Of a DNA stretch of 64,000 bases, positions 10,881 through 24,512 are shown one piece after another (position 1 is the stretch's first letter; each line of letters starts with the position of its first letter). Origin of the DNA: Octopus bimaculoides (Eukaryota); assembly GCF_001194135.2 (NCBI RefSeq), contig NC_069001.1, forward strand, positions 32,617,539 to 32,681,538, read 5' to 3'. A program made the position numbers and the translations under genes. The notes below the pieces were generated by a model. It was not told the origin of the DNA and did not search any database. It saw only the letters and a program-made list of their open reading frames with translations.

Positions 10881-13800
10881 CTAGCTTCAGCAAGCTGGCA
10901 GAATTGTTAGCATGCTGGACGAAATGCTTAGCTGTATTTTGCCTGTCACTACATTCCAAGTTCAAATTCTGCTGAGGTCAACTTTACTTTTCATCCTTTA
11001 GGGGTTGATGTAATCGACTAGTCCCCACCCCTAAAATTGCTGCCTTTGTGGCAAAATTTGAAACTATTATTATTATTTAGTAATTTCTAAACTTTAAACA
11101 AAAGATTGAGTACTTTATAGACATAGGTATATATTGGTGTTAGGAAGGGGCTTTGACATGAGGAAGGGCATCCAACCATAGAAACCATTCCAAAACAGAT
11201 GGCTGGAGCCTGATGCAGTCCTCCGGCTGGCTAGCTTCTGTCGAACTGTCCAGCCCATTTCAGCATAGAAAACGGAAGTTAAATAACAATGGTGGATGAT
11301 GATATAAGTGTATTCACATCCTCCCTCTCAGTTATTTATTCAGGCTGATTTTGAACAATTAATTCATGAGCAAACCTTTTGTTTGTTGGAAATCATAATT
11401 GCATCCCATGGATGTTAAAACACATAGGGTTGAGTAGTTAAAGCACCAGACAAATATGAGGTCAGTGACTCATATCCTGTCACCTCCACAACAATGTGTC
11501 TCTAGTTCAAACACTTAACTCTCGGCTGTCCTAGTCCATCTGTATATGTAAATAAGTACCACAATTAGGAAGAAATTCCTGCTGCAGTAACAATGCTGTA
11601 AAATCAAATCAACAATAGCTTTATTTTTGTGTGTGTGCTAAAAATCGAATAATTATCAGAGGGAGATGGAAATACAGCCCAGCATGACTGCTTTCCAATG
11701 ATGCGTTAAGCTCTGCCATTTGCCTTGAACATGTTTATGACAAATGTAAATTATGAATCCAGTAATTTTTGCAAAGGAAGAAAGAAAAAAGCACAACTCT
11801 AAAGGCAGGATAGAACAGATCACTCCTACACTCAAAGGATATCCTATCAAAGTTGGGACTCTTCAGTTGATTTACACTCTTCTTTCTTTTCCTACTGAGG
11901 TAGCCAAGTATCTCCTCTATAGTAAGACACTTATCTCTGTTACTTATTTATATTTTAACCTATCAACTGACACAAAGCCACTTCCCTTGGTTCCACTCCC
12001 TCTCCTAGCTGAGATGTCTACATTTCGCAAGTTACTTGGCAATCCCACTGGTGTTGGTGTCACATAAAATGCACCCAATGCACTCTGTAAAGTGGTTGGC
12101 ATTAGGAAGGGCATCCAGTCATAATAAACTATGCCAAAGCAGACAGTAGAGCAGTTCTCTGGCTTGCCTTGTTTCTGTCAAACCATCCAACCCATGGAAG
12201 ATGGGCATTATATAATGATGATGATGATGATGATGATGGCATGGCTGTGTGGTTAAAAGCTTCTTTTGCAATCGTGGTTTTGGGCTGTTTTATTGAATGG
12301 CATTTTGAGCAAGTGTTTTCTTGGGCCAACTATTTCCTTATGAGTGAATTTGGTAGACAGAATTTATGTGCAACTAATTTGGTAGACTGAACTATGTGTA
12401 TGGGGGGGGGGGGTCTGTCTTTCTGTCCTTCACCACTTGATAACCAGTGTTGGTTTCTTTTTGTCCCCATAACTTACATGCGGTGCCATGTAAAAGCACC
12501 CAGCACACTTTGTAAAGTGGTTGACATTAGGAAGGGCATCCGACCGTAGAAACCATGCCAGATCAGACTGGAGTCTGGACAACTCCCCAGTTTGCCAGCT
12601 GTCAGCCCATGCCAGCATGGACAACAGGCATTAAATGATGATGATGAACTTAGCTGTTTGGCAAAAAAACAAAACAAAAAGAACAAAAGAACAAGTACTA
12701 GACTTTAAAAAATAAACATAAATACTGACCTCTATTTGACTAAACCCTTACAAAGTAGTGCCAACACATGTCAGCAATCCAATGATTGAAACAAGGAAAA
12801 GATATAAAACTTATTATTACACTACTGTATATCAAATAAGATAAAGCATTAATTAGTTGCTCATTTTAACAAACCAATTTTTATTATCAGTTTGATAATA
12901 TTGCAGTTTATACTGCAAAAGCTTCTCTTCCCATCCACTCCTTGTATGGCTGTTGCATTGCTCACATTTGTGATATTCACAAATATTTTCCTGTTTGCTT
13001 TGCATAATAACATCTGACCATTGTTGCTGAGGCAGTGCATCAACAGTGCTATCTGTTAGATGTATTATGAACATATTTCAGGTTATTTGTAGTTAAAACC
13101 CAAATGAAAATGGGATCAGGAACTAGGCCATCACAATGTTGAGCCTTGTTTCTGAGGCTCTTTTTTTGGCCTGAATCTACTCACCCCTGAGCTTTCATCT
13201 AAATATTCTGCTATTTACACAATGTGTAAACACAGGATGATTTGACTGATATTGACAGATGAATTATACGAAAATCTATAATCTATTTTTTATATGTGAT
13301 CACACTTTAGTCATGTTGTAGAGATTGTTTTAGTTTAACTCCAAGATAATGAGAGCAAGTGATCAGAAACTAACCCCTGATGACCTCGCTAGTACTAGTG
13401 CCATGAAAATAGTACCCAGTGTTAGGAAGGACATCCAACCATAGAAGCCATGGCAAAGTAGGTGGTGAAGCTTGATGCATAGAATGTGGATTTTAAATGA
13501 CGATGATGATGAGGTGTGTTTGTTTTTGAGAAATCTGTTTCAGCCTATCATTATGGATTTAACACCATTTCTCAGTGAAAAACCTAGTTTGGCTCCACCT
13601 TCTTTAATTTGGTAATGGCATCACAATGTTTAAGACTGGAATGTCTATTTTTCATTATCAGATATAAGTCAATGAGCACGTACTACAATCACATAGTTTT
13701 GCTGCTTTTGCAGAATAATGAAGTGGATTTTGTTTGTTATTGCTAGTTATACACCCTTGATTTCTTTTCTATTTGCTAAACTAACAAACTAACGATCACA

Positions 13801-14741
13801 TACACTACAAAGGAATTTACATTTTGGTTTATCTTGCAAAAATCCAGCAATGGATAATTAGTCTTATTGATTTCAGAAGAGGAGAAAATGGGACAATCAT
13901 GCTCATCAAGTGGTAGGAAGGCATTAAATAATGTAAATTATGTGAAATTGCTACAAGAAAAATCATCATCATCATCTTAATGTTCACTTTTCCATACTTG
14001 CATGGGTCAGATGGAATTTGCTGAGGAAAATTTTCCATAGCCAGATGGCTTTCCTGCCACAAGTCCCTCATCTGTTTCCAAACAAGGTCATTTTTCCCCC
14101 CATGGCTGGACATGTTTTCAGGGAAGTTTTATATTGAGGTTGATCCATTTGATTATCAAAAAAATTCTTAAAGGTGTTGCTACAGTGTAGGGACTGAAAC
14201 AAATAAAAGAAGGTAACCATTGTAATACATCTATAAGAAAGCTATACATTACTCAAGTTCAAATCACATACAGCAGCAAGAATATATTGATGAAAAATGG
14301 GAGAATGTGATATTTAGGGAGAATCTTATCTGTAATCAGATGGTTTGCTATTTATTAAGTGATATTATCTTGGGTTGATATTTGTGATAATTGTTACCTT
14401 TCCATTTAAACCCAAATTCTTATATATGTATTTTTGACTCCATACTATGTGCCTATTGTTACAAATCTGCATATGTAATCATTCAGTTAAAATTGTTGAG
14501 CCAATAATTGTAAATTAAAACCCTTGCAACTTAAATATTAAATTAACAGATACTCTTTCTAGAATTAATAGAATTAAATGCAGTGTGTGTATGTATGTGT
14601 GTCTCTCTCTCTATATATATATATTCACAATTTCAGTTTAAAAAAAAATTTATTAAAATTACAACCTTATATGTTCGAGAAAATTACACATTTTAAAAAA
14701 TATTCTGAACAAATATTGAAAATAGTTAAATTATTTTAATA

Positions 14742-14956
14742 CAAGGGAATGCTGAAAATTTCCTGGCTTTAAGGGTATCGCGAAAGGCCTGGTTGGAGGC
14801 CCAACCTTCTAAGTTCTTTTAGAAGGTTTAGAAAAACTGAAGAACTGCTGCAATAAGTGTGTGAGTCTGAGAGAGGATTATGTTGAATAGTCATAATTAA
14901 CTGATCCTCCTGTATTTTCTTTTACCCAAAACCAGGAACTTTTCAACACCCCCTTG
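14742..14956 (+). mobile_element. Mariner-derived MITE retaining the transposase C-terminus
   Basis: TA-flanked TIRs caagggaatgctgaaaatttcctgg and ccaggaactttcaacacccccttg; internal EGLEKLKNCCNKCVSLREDYVE* resembles the mariner GI.KL..RW.KCV...GDYVE* end. Confidence 0.85.
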
Positions 14957-15064
14957 TAGAATTCATTTGGTAGAATGTTTTCCTTTCTGTATGACAATCA
15001 TTGTTGTTGATTTGTCGGAATTGTTACACTCATTAAAATATACATAACACTACCATACATATAT

Positions 15065-15105
<41 letters not shown>

Positions 15106-15583
15106 TACACACACTTTTGTGTAAGACAGCATTTGAAATGTAAATATTTTGTCCACTGTTTTCTCTAATATTCAATGATTTCAATTGCTTGCAAATGTGA
15201 GACAGACCCTTCCAATGCAGTTTTATATTTTCACATTCCACTACATTTCTTGAAGTTTGTCTTATGCACTGGTGTTAATGTGGTTATTTGTTGACATGAT
15301 TAACCAAGTGGTGTCTGTAGTTTTTGTTTTTTTCTTCTTCTTTCTTTGTGATGCTTATTTTTCCATGGAGTCAGCCAATTTTAGTGCATCCTTCATCGTC
15401 TGTTTTCTGACATGAAGTGTAACTGTCTTTTGTCGTTATGATATGCTCATTATTTTCATTTGTATGTTGTTCATTTAAAGCTGTTGTTTTTGTAGTTGTA
15501 TTTGTGATGTTGATGATGATGATGATGATGGTGATTTTAGTGCCTCCTTCGTTGTTAATTTGTGTAAGGTGAAAATTTGTCAG

Positions 15584-15916
15584 GTTCTCATCAGTCAGAT
15601 CCTTGGACTGTTATCAACACAGGTTCGCAGCCACAACCAGCAACAACACCACAGAGTCCATGGGAACCTAGCACAGTACCAGCTACTGGTCAGACTCCGG
15701 TTCACACAATGCCAAATACTTTAATTGTAACTTCAACAGGTACTTCAGTGACCACAACTAATGGGATGGGCACCAGTAGTATAGATGACGCCTTCGATAT
15801 GTTGGTTAATCGGAAAGCAAGTACTTCTCCTGCCCTGAGCATAGAGGAGACATCTACTGCCTTAGATGGATTTGGTCCTCAGGTGGCAGGAGGAGGGAAA
15901 CTTAATATGGGTAGCG
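15584..15916 (+). CDS. EPN: Epsin exon, disordered S/T/P-rich region with a DPW motif
   Basis: SHQSDPWTVINTGSQPQP...DDAFDMLVNRK...KLNMGS; acceptor tgtcAG at 15583, donor GTAAGT at 15917; phase 1 to 1. Confidence 0.9.
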
Positions 15917-16032
15917 GTAAGTTGCTAGTGTATATTTTTTTCTTTCATTTAATGTTTAATATTGGAAAGCTGTACCCTGCATGCTGTTTGTTGACTCCCT
16001 ATGATATTTGCAGTAGTTATTAGAATCATTAC

Positions 16033-16078
<46 letters not shown>

Positions 16079-16123
16079 GTTGTTGTCATCATTGGTGTTG
16101 TAATACTTGACTGCTATGTGTAC

Positions 16124-16158
<35 letters not shown>

Positions 16159-16179
16159 TATATTAATCATTGTTTAGAT

Positions 16180-16437
16180 CAGTGGTTCTCAAGCAGGGTC
16201 CATATGGCCCTTGAGGGTCCAATGTAAGATTTTGTTGCTAAAATTTATGTCTAATTAATTGCTTATACTTCTCCAATACACAAAATATTTTAACAATTTT
16301 TTTTTAAACAATTCCTTTATAATGTTCAATTATAAAAATATAACGGGATTTTTTAAACATTGAATGGCAATGAGGCCCCACCTGAGTAAAATAGGAATCA
16401 AAGAGTTCCATAGGGAAAAAATGGTTGAGAACCACTG
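16180..16437. mobile_element. hAT (Charlie-like) MITE
   Basis: TIRs cagtggttctcaa and ttgagaaccactg; perfect 8-bp TSD gtttagat at 16172-16179 and 16438-16445. Confidence 0.92.
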
Positions 16438-16629
16438 GTTTAGATAAAAGACCAAAATATTAAGATGTTTGAATCAAATACATATTTAGTAGGCTTGATG
16501 GCTAAGAAATTAGAAGAAACGTCTAAAATGATTTCATTTTCCTCCCACTCCCAGTATAAATTTTTCCAAAAGTACAAAGATACATGTTTTAAATTTAAAC
16601 TACTTTGCATTCTCTATTAAAATGAACAG

Positions 16630-16791
16630 GAACACCAACTTCAGATCCCTGGCTTATGTCTGGTGTTGGTAAAGATTTACCTGATCAGGAGCAAAATAAG
16701 AAGAAAACACCTAAAGATTTCCTAGGCGAGAATGCAGCACTAGTTAATTTGGACAACCTGGTATCTAAGACCTCACCTTCGTTACCTAAAG
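16630..16791 (+). CDS. EPN: Epsin exon with DPW and clathrin-box-like motif
   Basis: TPTSDPWLMSG...KKKTPKDFLGENAALVNLDNLVSK matches epsin RKTPESFLGPNAALVDLDSLV; acceptor aacAG at 16629, donor GTAATT at 16792; phase 1 to 1. Confidence 0.95.
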
Positions 16792-18977
16792 GTAATTAGT
16801 TTGGTTACTCATTAAAAAACAGATTTAAAATGTTTTACATATAACCAGCTTTGTTTAGTTATATTTGATTAATTTATTTGTTCATTTTTTTTTTTCCGAT
16901 TTTGATGAAGAAAATAATTATTTTTGATTTTTGAAAATAAGATTTCTACTGAGATATCTAGAGTTTGATAATTGCATTCGTGTGTTAATTGTATTTCCAA
17001 AGAATTAAGAATTATAATTATTATTTATTAACAATTGATATTTATCTCTATTCTTTAATCATTACTATATCATCATTCTATAAATGAGCACTTACACACA
17101 TCTCCTTTTCCTAAATCAAAGAAATAAATGTAATTACTGTTAATTTTCTGAGACAGACAATAGACTAATTGTCCTTGCAGTATATAATTCTGTTCCTTTA
17201 TATTCCAAGTTCAAATGATTCCAGATCAGTTTTGCCTCTCAGCTTCCCAAAGTTAACAAACTGAGTACCAATCAAGTTATTGGGTGGGGCTGATTCGCTT
17301 GACTTATACCCCTCCCTTACAAATTCCTAGCGTTGTTTTAAAGTGGGATATCTAAATGTTTTTTTTTTTTCACTTAAACATTTTTTTCTTCTCGTTGTCA
17401 TCATCTTAATGCCTTCTTTTCTATGCTTGCATGGGGGCCAGACAGAATTTACTGAGGCAGATATTTTACAGGGAATTTATTTTTACCTTAAGAAAACTAA
17501 GCAAACAATTTCCTCATTCAAATTTTGTGTTTGTGTGTGTGTATGCATGCCACTCACCTCTCACAGGTATATAATTACCCACCCATACCACTTATTATTC
17601 ACCTTCCTGTAGATGTGAATAGCCTGACACATCTTTACTGCTATCCTCCTTCTCTTCCAACTGGGCTAACCATGTATTTCTCCTACAGCAAGATGCCTGT
17701 TCCTATCTTTCAATCATACTTTCACATCTCATTATCTGGCATAAAGCCACCTCTCTCAACAACCCCACCACCACCACTACCTCATTTGAGAGGTCTTGAC
17801 TTGCAAGTTACTTGGTGATCTCACTTTCTGCCAGTGCCATATAAAATGCATACAGTACACTCTGTAAAATGATTGATATGAGGAAGTGTATCTTGCATTA
17901 GAAACCGTGCGAGGGCAGGCATTGGAGCTTGATGCAGTCCTCTGGCTTGCCAGTTCCTGTCAAACCATCCAACCCATGCTAGTATAGAAAATGATTTTAA
18001 CACACACACACACATGTATTGACATCAATTGTTTTATGTCAGTTTTTCCATGCTGGCATGAGTTAGATGGTTTTTCTGTGGTGGTGTATTATGGTTGAAT
18101 GCCCTTTCTGTTGCTAAATTTTTCCTCACCTTTTAGGACATAGCGATGTTGTGTACAAGTTCCAAAACCAGAATACACTTCATAACAAACACACACACAT
18201 TTTACATTGTCATTTTCCCTCTGCCTTCCATAGTAAATTATGTCTGCTCTCTATGCATTGAATTAATTGTCACACTCCACATTGGGATACACTGCTGGTG
18301 TCACATAAAAATCCACCCAGTCCACTCTGTAAAGTGGTTGGTGTTAGGAAGGGAATCCAGCTGTAAAAACCACCTAGTCCACTCTGGAAAGTGGTTGGTG
18401 TTAGGAAGGACATACAGCTGTAAAGGCCTTGCCAAAACAGACAGTGGAGCTTGGCGCAATCCCCTGGTTTGCCAGCTTCTGTTAAACCAATGCTGGCATG
18501 GAAGATGGACTTTAAATGATGGTGATAATAATGACTGCTACATGTCCTTCCACCCAACTGTGAGGGTAATACTTGAATGTTTCATTTTTGGCTTGGTATC
18601 TATGGTTGAATGCTATTCCTAACATCAACCATTTTATAGTGTGTACTGTGTTCATTTTATTGTGGCACCAGCACCAAAGAAATTGTCATGTTCCTGCTAA
18701 GAACTATACTTTAAATGTCTTCACAACCCTCAACATCATTCAACAACCACTATAAATAATACTCATTGCTTACAGCACTTGAGAGCTTGTGTCCTTGATG
18801 AAACAGGACTAAAGAGATCTCTCCTTCCTAAACTTCCTCTACTTGTTCACCAACCATATTGCAGAGTGTGTATTATTGTGGAACAAGTCAAGAGATCTTT
18901 CTTTGTACAAAAAGAATTCTTTTGTATCACTGCTCAAAACAACTTGATCATTTAGGTAAACACAGGAGAGACAGAAG

Positions 18978-19031
<54 letters not shown>

Positions 19032-19086
19032 AAATAATAATAAATATATGTATTATAATTATTAATATTATTATACTTATTATTAA

Positions 19087-20255
19087 GGTGGCTTGCTGGC
19101 AGAACTGTTAGCATACCTGGCAAAATGCTTAGTGGTATTTCGTTTGGTTTTACATTCTGAGTTCAAATTCTGCCAAGGTCGGTTTTGCCTTTCATCCTGT
19201 TGGGGTCAATAAATTAAGTACCTGTCAAACAATGGGGTCGATGTAATCGACTGGCCCCCTTCCCCAAAATGTCAGGCCTTGTGCCTTTAGTAGAAAGGAT
19301 TATAATAATTATTATTATCATTATTAAGAAAGGCAGTCAGGGCGGCGAACTAGCCGAATTGTTTGCACACCAGATGAAATGTTTCCAAGCATTTCTCCAT
19401 TCTGAGTTCAAATGCCACTGAGGTTGACTTTACCTTTTGGGGTCAATAAAATAACTGCTATTTGAGTACTGGGGGCAATACGATCGACTTACCCCTCCCC
19501 TGAACTTGCTGGCCTTGTGCCAAAATTTGAAACCATTATTAAGAAAGGCAGTGAGCTGGCAGAATTGTTAGCATGCTGCACAAAATGTTTTGTGGTATTC
19601 CATCTGTCTGTATGCTCTGAGTTCAAATTCTGCCTTTCACCCTTTCAGAGTTGATAAAATAACAGTCATGCACTGGGGTCAATGTTATCAACTTACCTTT
19701 CCCTAAAATTGCTAGACTTTTGTCAAAATTTGAAGCTATTATTATTTTTTATTATTATAATTATTATTATTATTATTATTATTATTATAATTATTATTAT
19801 TATTATTAATGCAGCAAGCTGTGGCTGAAATCTGGTGGAATCGTTGGCACTCCAGACAAAATGCTTAATGCCATTTAGTTCAGCTTTACATTCTGAGTTC
19901 AAATTCCACCAAGGTGGACTTTGCTCTCACTCTTTCGAGGTCAATAAACTAAGTACCAGTTGAGCACTGGAGTTAATGTAATCGACTTACCCCGCCCCCA
20001 AAATTGCAGGCCTTGTGCCAAAATTTGAAACCATTATCATTATTATTATTATTATTGCTGAATTATTAGCACACTGGACAAAATGCTTTGTAGTATTTCT
20101 TCTGGTTTTACTGTGAGTTCAAATTCCGCTGTGATTGATTTTTGCCTTTAATCCTTTTGGGGGTCAGTGATATGGTATCAGTTGAGCACTAGGATATATG
20201 TAATCAAGTATTCCCCTCCCTCAAAATTTCGGGTCTTCTGCCTATAGTTGAAAAA
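19087..20255 (+). mobile_element. Five head-to-tail SINE copies separated by (ATT)n tracts
   Basis: Repeated ctggcagaat..ttagca...ctgagttcaaat...ggggtcaataaa...aaaatttgaaaccattatt units starting near 19087, 19341, 19547, 19810 and 20057. Confidence 0.85.
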
Positions 20256-20316
20256 AAATTTTTATTACCATTTATTATTATTATTAATTTTTTTTATTAT
20301 TACTATTTTTATTACG

Positions 20317-20366
<50 letters not shown>

Positions 20367-20659
20367 TTAGAAAGCCTGCATGATTATTGTTTAGATGAGG
20401 TTGCTATAGAAATTGTAGAATTTATTTTAGATAACAACTACCATTGCTGTTTCTCTAACTGCACATGTCTGTGCATGCTGCTAGCACCTTTCACATTAGG
20501 TGATTGACAATTGCTTTAATTTAATAGTTTGTTATTTTCAGTATGGAAACCCCCCCCCCCCAGCTACATACATTATACAGTGTGTTTTAAGTAATACTAT
20601 TGGATACTATTGTGTGTATATGTGTGTGAGAGAGGGAAAGAGGGTTTTGTTTTTCTTTC

Positions 20660-20900
20660 ATTTAGTGAGTTAAAGCAGGAAGGGAAGCATCCAGACTGGT
20701 GAAATCAATGTGTTGTGGTTGAAATATGAAGGGGTAATAATGTTGGCTGACAGAAAAATTCCAAATGGCTGCTGTTTTGGGAAGGAAGGAGTAGGTGGAA
20801 GTTTCGAGCGCAGCGGGGGTTTTGGATCTGGAAGTGTGTGACATTGTAGGGTTAATGAGTGCCAGAAAGACAGATAGACCTTCAGTCAAGAATCTGAGAG
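20660..20900 (-). mobile_element. Probable LINE (Jockey/I/CR1-like) ORF2 3' end fragment next to an assembly gap
   Basis: Minus strand translates as SHTSRSKTPAALETSTYSFLPKTAAIWNFS, resembling the SFFPRT..LWN.L motif at LINE ORF2 C-termini. Confidence 0.5.
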
Positions 20901-22405
20901 AGGGGGGGGGGGGNNNNNNNNNNNNNNNNNNNNNNNNNNNNNNNNNNNNNNNNNNNNNNNNNNNNNNNNNNNNNNNNNNNNNNNNNNNNNNNNNNNNNNN
21001 NNNNNNNNNNNNNNNNNNNNNNNNNNNNNNNNNNNNNNNNNNNNNNNNNNNNNNNNNNNNNNNNNNNNNNNNNNNNNNNNNNNNNNNNNNNNNNNNNNNN
21101 NNNNNNNNNNNNNNNNNNNNNNNNNNNNNNNNNNNNNNNNNNNNNNNNNNNNNNNNNNNNNNNNNNNNNNNNNNNNNNNNNNNNNNNNNNNNNNNNNNNN
21201 NNNNNNNNNNNNNNNNNNNNNNNNNNNNNNNNNNNNNNNNNNNNNNNNNNNNNNNNNNNNNNNNNNNNNNNNNNNNNNNNNNNNNNNNNNNNNNNNNNNN
21301 NNNNNNNNNNNNNNNNNNNNNNNNNNNNNNNNNNNNNNNNNNNNNNNNNNNNNNNNNNNNNNNNNNNNNNNNNNNNNNNNNNNNNNNNNNNNNNNNNNNN
21401 NNNNNNNNNNNNNNNNNNNNNNNNNNNNNNNNNNNNNNNNNNNNNNNNNNNNNNNNNNNNNNNNNNNNNNNNNNNNNNNNNNNNNNNNNNNNNNNNNNNN
21501 NNNNNNNNNNNNNNNNNNNNNNNNNNNNNNNNNNNNNNNNNNNNNNNNNNNNNNNNNNNNNNNNNNNNNNNNNNNNNNNNNNNNNNNNNNNNNNNNNNNN
21601 NNNNNNNNNNNNNNNNNNNNNNNNNNNNNNNNNNNNNNNNNNNNNNNNNNNNNNNNNNNNNNNNNNNNNNNNNNNNNNNNNNNNNNNNNNNNNNNNNNNN
21701 NNNNNNNNNNNNNNNNNNNNNNNNNNNNNNNNNNNNNNNNNNNNNNNNNNNNNNNNNNCCCCAAAATCTAATCAGTTTGTGCCAGTCACGAGGCCAAACA
21801 TCCCTGAAAGTTTCATCTGAATTCATCCAGTGGTTTTTAAGATATTTTGTCCATGGAGAAACAAACAAATAAACATGACTGAAAACATTACCTCCACCTT
21901 CACTAAGGTGGAGGTAATAATGGCCATTACATATAATTCTTTTATTAAAGCAAATTTGGCTTACAGCTGTTTCCAGTAGTCATTATAGGTACATTACTGA
22001 TAGTTTTACTCAACTGGTCTATTGATCAATTGAGGTAAATCGAACAACCTAAGAAAATTAATGCTACTTTCGTCAGAGCCATTGCTGGAAATAACCAGCA
22101 GAGCACTTGAGGAATGGCTGTTATATGTGTGTGTACGCACACACACACACACACGTACATTGTGTCTGTAAAGTCATGGTGACATTTCAAAATAATTTAT
22201 TGATGTAAGTTGTGACAGTTTACATTTCATATTCATGTTGAATAAGAGAGCAACAGTTTAATGCAGTTTGATGTGACTTCTATTTGTTGCCCTACACACA
22301 TCTAATTGATACTCCAGTTGTTGCCTCACAACAATGACTTTACAGACACACTATATATATATATGTATATATATATATTTATTAATATTTAGCTGAAACA
22401 ACAGC

Positions 22406-22489
22406 AACAGAGTGACTCAAGGTCAAGAGTTTTGGACTTTAGCACTTACCAAACTTTTATCAAACTCTCAACCCTTGAGTCACTCTGTT
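22406..22489. repeat. Hairpin with a 17-bp perfect stem in an epsin intron
   Basis: aacagagtgactcaagg (22406-22422) and ccttgagtcactctgtt (22473-22489). Confidence 0.85.
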
Positions 22490-24174
22490 ACTTCTGCCAA
22501 ATAATATATATATTCTGGGATTTTTTTGTTCTTTTTAAGGCTTTTTGTTGTCGATAGTTGTTGGGATAAAGCATTCAGAAATTTTCTATTATTATTGTGT
22601 GGTTATTTCATAACCTTTACTACACAACTCTTGCACATAGTGATTCAAGATTGAAATAATTTGAAATTGACTTCAGTTTCAATATTATATTGTTGGNNNN
22701 NNNNNNGGGGGGAGGATCCTAATTCTCCACTGAATTCCAGCCAGTTCTCTTACCAATTCCGGAGATACCCTTGTCCCCTGTTTGACCTATATTTGTGGAT
22801 TCTGAATGTAGATGAATGCAAGTGTTGTGAGGCCAGGGTTATTGTTATTGCAGACCTTGATCAACCTTGACTGGACAGATCACAGGCATTCAACCATGCC
22901 CAGCCTCCACCTCTGTCCACACCCTCTTTTTTTGTTTTGGGATATTATAGGACTCGATTATCCAATATATCCTTTCCTTTTTTAACCTTTTAGCATTTAA
23001 ACTGGTCCCAAAGCTGCAATCCCATTGCGTGGAAATGTGGGAAAATGTCTTCTACTATAGCCTCAGGCTGACCAAAGCCTAATAAATGGATTTGGTGGAT
23101 AGAAACTGAAAGAAGCATGTCATATATACATACATACATACATGTGTGTGTGTGTGTCTGTTTGTCTCCGTCACCACTTGACAAATGATGTTGGTGTGTT
23201 TACGTCCCTGTAACTTAGTGGTTCAGCAAAAGAGATTAATAGAATAAGTACCAGGCTTAAAAAAAAGGTATTGGGGGCGAGTCATTCAACTAAAACTTCA
23301 AGGCAGTGCCCCAGCATGGCCACAAGCTAATGACTGAAACAGATAAAATAAGCATTACATTTGACAGGGGAATCTGAATACCGAAGAGTTAAGTCAGTAG
23401 TAGAGTATTATTTAAGGGGTATTTGGTTGCTATTTCTAACAGGTCAAGCAACCATTTAATGCTTCCCTTACTGATTCAGTCTTGTTCAAGAAGGTTGGTT
23501 TGGTAGTATCTTAAGTTCAAATTATTACCAGACTCCACATTGCCTCATCTTCTTGGGGCTAAAATAATCAAATCAAATAAATACTGAAAGTGCAATGGAA
23601 CTGATTCAATCAAATTAAGTCCTTTTCATGCAAAATCTTTTTCTTTGTGCCGAGTCAAAAGAAATCAATATTTACATAGTGCTAAAATTGATTAGTGACC
23701 AAAACACAAAAATCTTGATTCTTATTTTGCTGTGGAGGAAGAAGAGGTGGGACAGTTTTAGTTTATTTTATTTTGTTTCTTGTTTCATTTATTTATGTAA
23801 TTTTTTAGTAGGAATATCAGTGTCTGCAGTTGTTCTAATCTTGTCTAGACTGGATGCGATTAGTGAGATTAATGATCATTTTGACTCGTTACTGATTAGG
23901 TTAGTTGGTAAAACTGGATGGGGGAAAGGAAATCTAACCGAAAGTAGTTCAGAAGACACTGCAGATGTTTAGTTGGAGATCTGAGAGAGATAGAGAGGAG
24001 TGAACAATAGCAAAGGAAGCAAACATACGTCAAGTGACGAGATCAAGGGATTGAAGTGGGGAGGGAGCAGAATTTCTAGGACCGTGGGCTATCATAATAA
24101 CTGCAGGAGAAACCAGATACAAGGCTTAATGGCAGCTCGAGCAAGTGTGTAATGTAGCATTACATTGGCCCAAG

Positions 24175-24512
24175 CCTTCTGAATGAAAATTGAATAAACA
24201 GAAACTATGGAAGTCTAGCAGGAATACTCAGCTACATGTATTGCGACAGAGTAAGTAGTTCAGTTGATTGAGCAACTAGAACAATTATTGTTGAAACTGA
24301 TGTGGAGATCCTTCTGAATGAAAATTGAATAGACAGAAACTATGAAAGTCTTGTTTTCATATGCTGGTTGATGCTTATATCATAAGGGTGCTTGAAGCTT
24401 ATGTTATAAGTGTACTTGTCAGGAACACTCAGTCACCTGTATTGTAATAGAGTAAGTAGTTCAGTTGAATGAACAACTAGAACAATTGTTCTTGAAACTG
24501 ATGTGGAGATCC
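24175..24512 (+). repeat. About 135-bp tandem duplication; the second copy carries an about 70-bp insertion
   Basis: ccttctgaatgaaaattgaata...gaaactgatgtggagatcc occurs twice. Confidence 0.8.

Noticed and set aside
18313-18426. 57-bp tandem duplication giving a repeated peptide in ORF 18146-18622
   Set aside because: Local duplication inside a common retroposon tail; not coding
20542-20590. Possible small epsin exon (ttttcAG...GTAATA)
   Set aside because: 49 nt is not 3n, the donor is weak, and it contains a poly-C run
20795-21868. Long ORFs spanning N runs (also near 28.8, 31.6, 34.8, 36.2 and 54.5 kb)
   Set aside because: Artefacts of assembly gaps (20914-21758, 28826-29034, 31613-31817, 34815-35351, 36261-36815, 54516-54766); the gaps could still hide exons
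23628-23972. 114-aa ORF in an epsin intron
   Set aside because: Low-complexity hydrophobic sequence with no recognisable motif or usable splice pair
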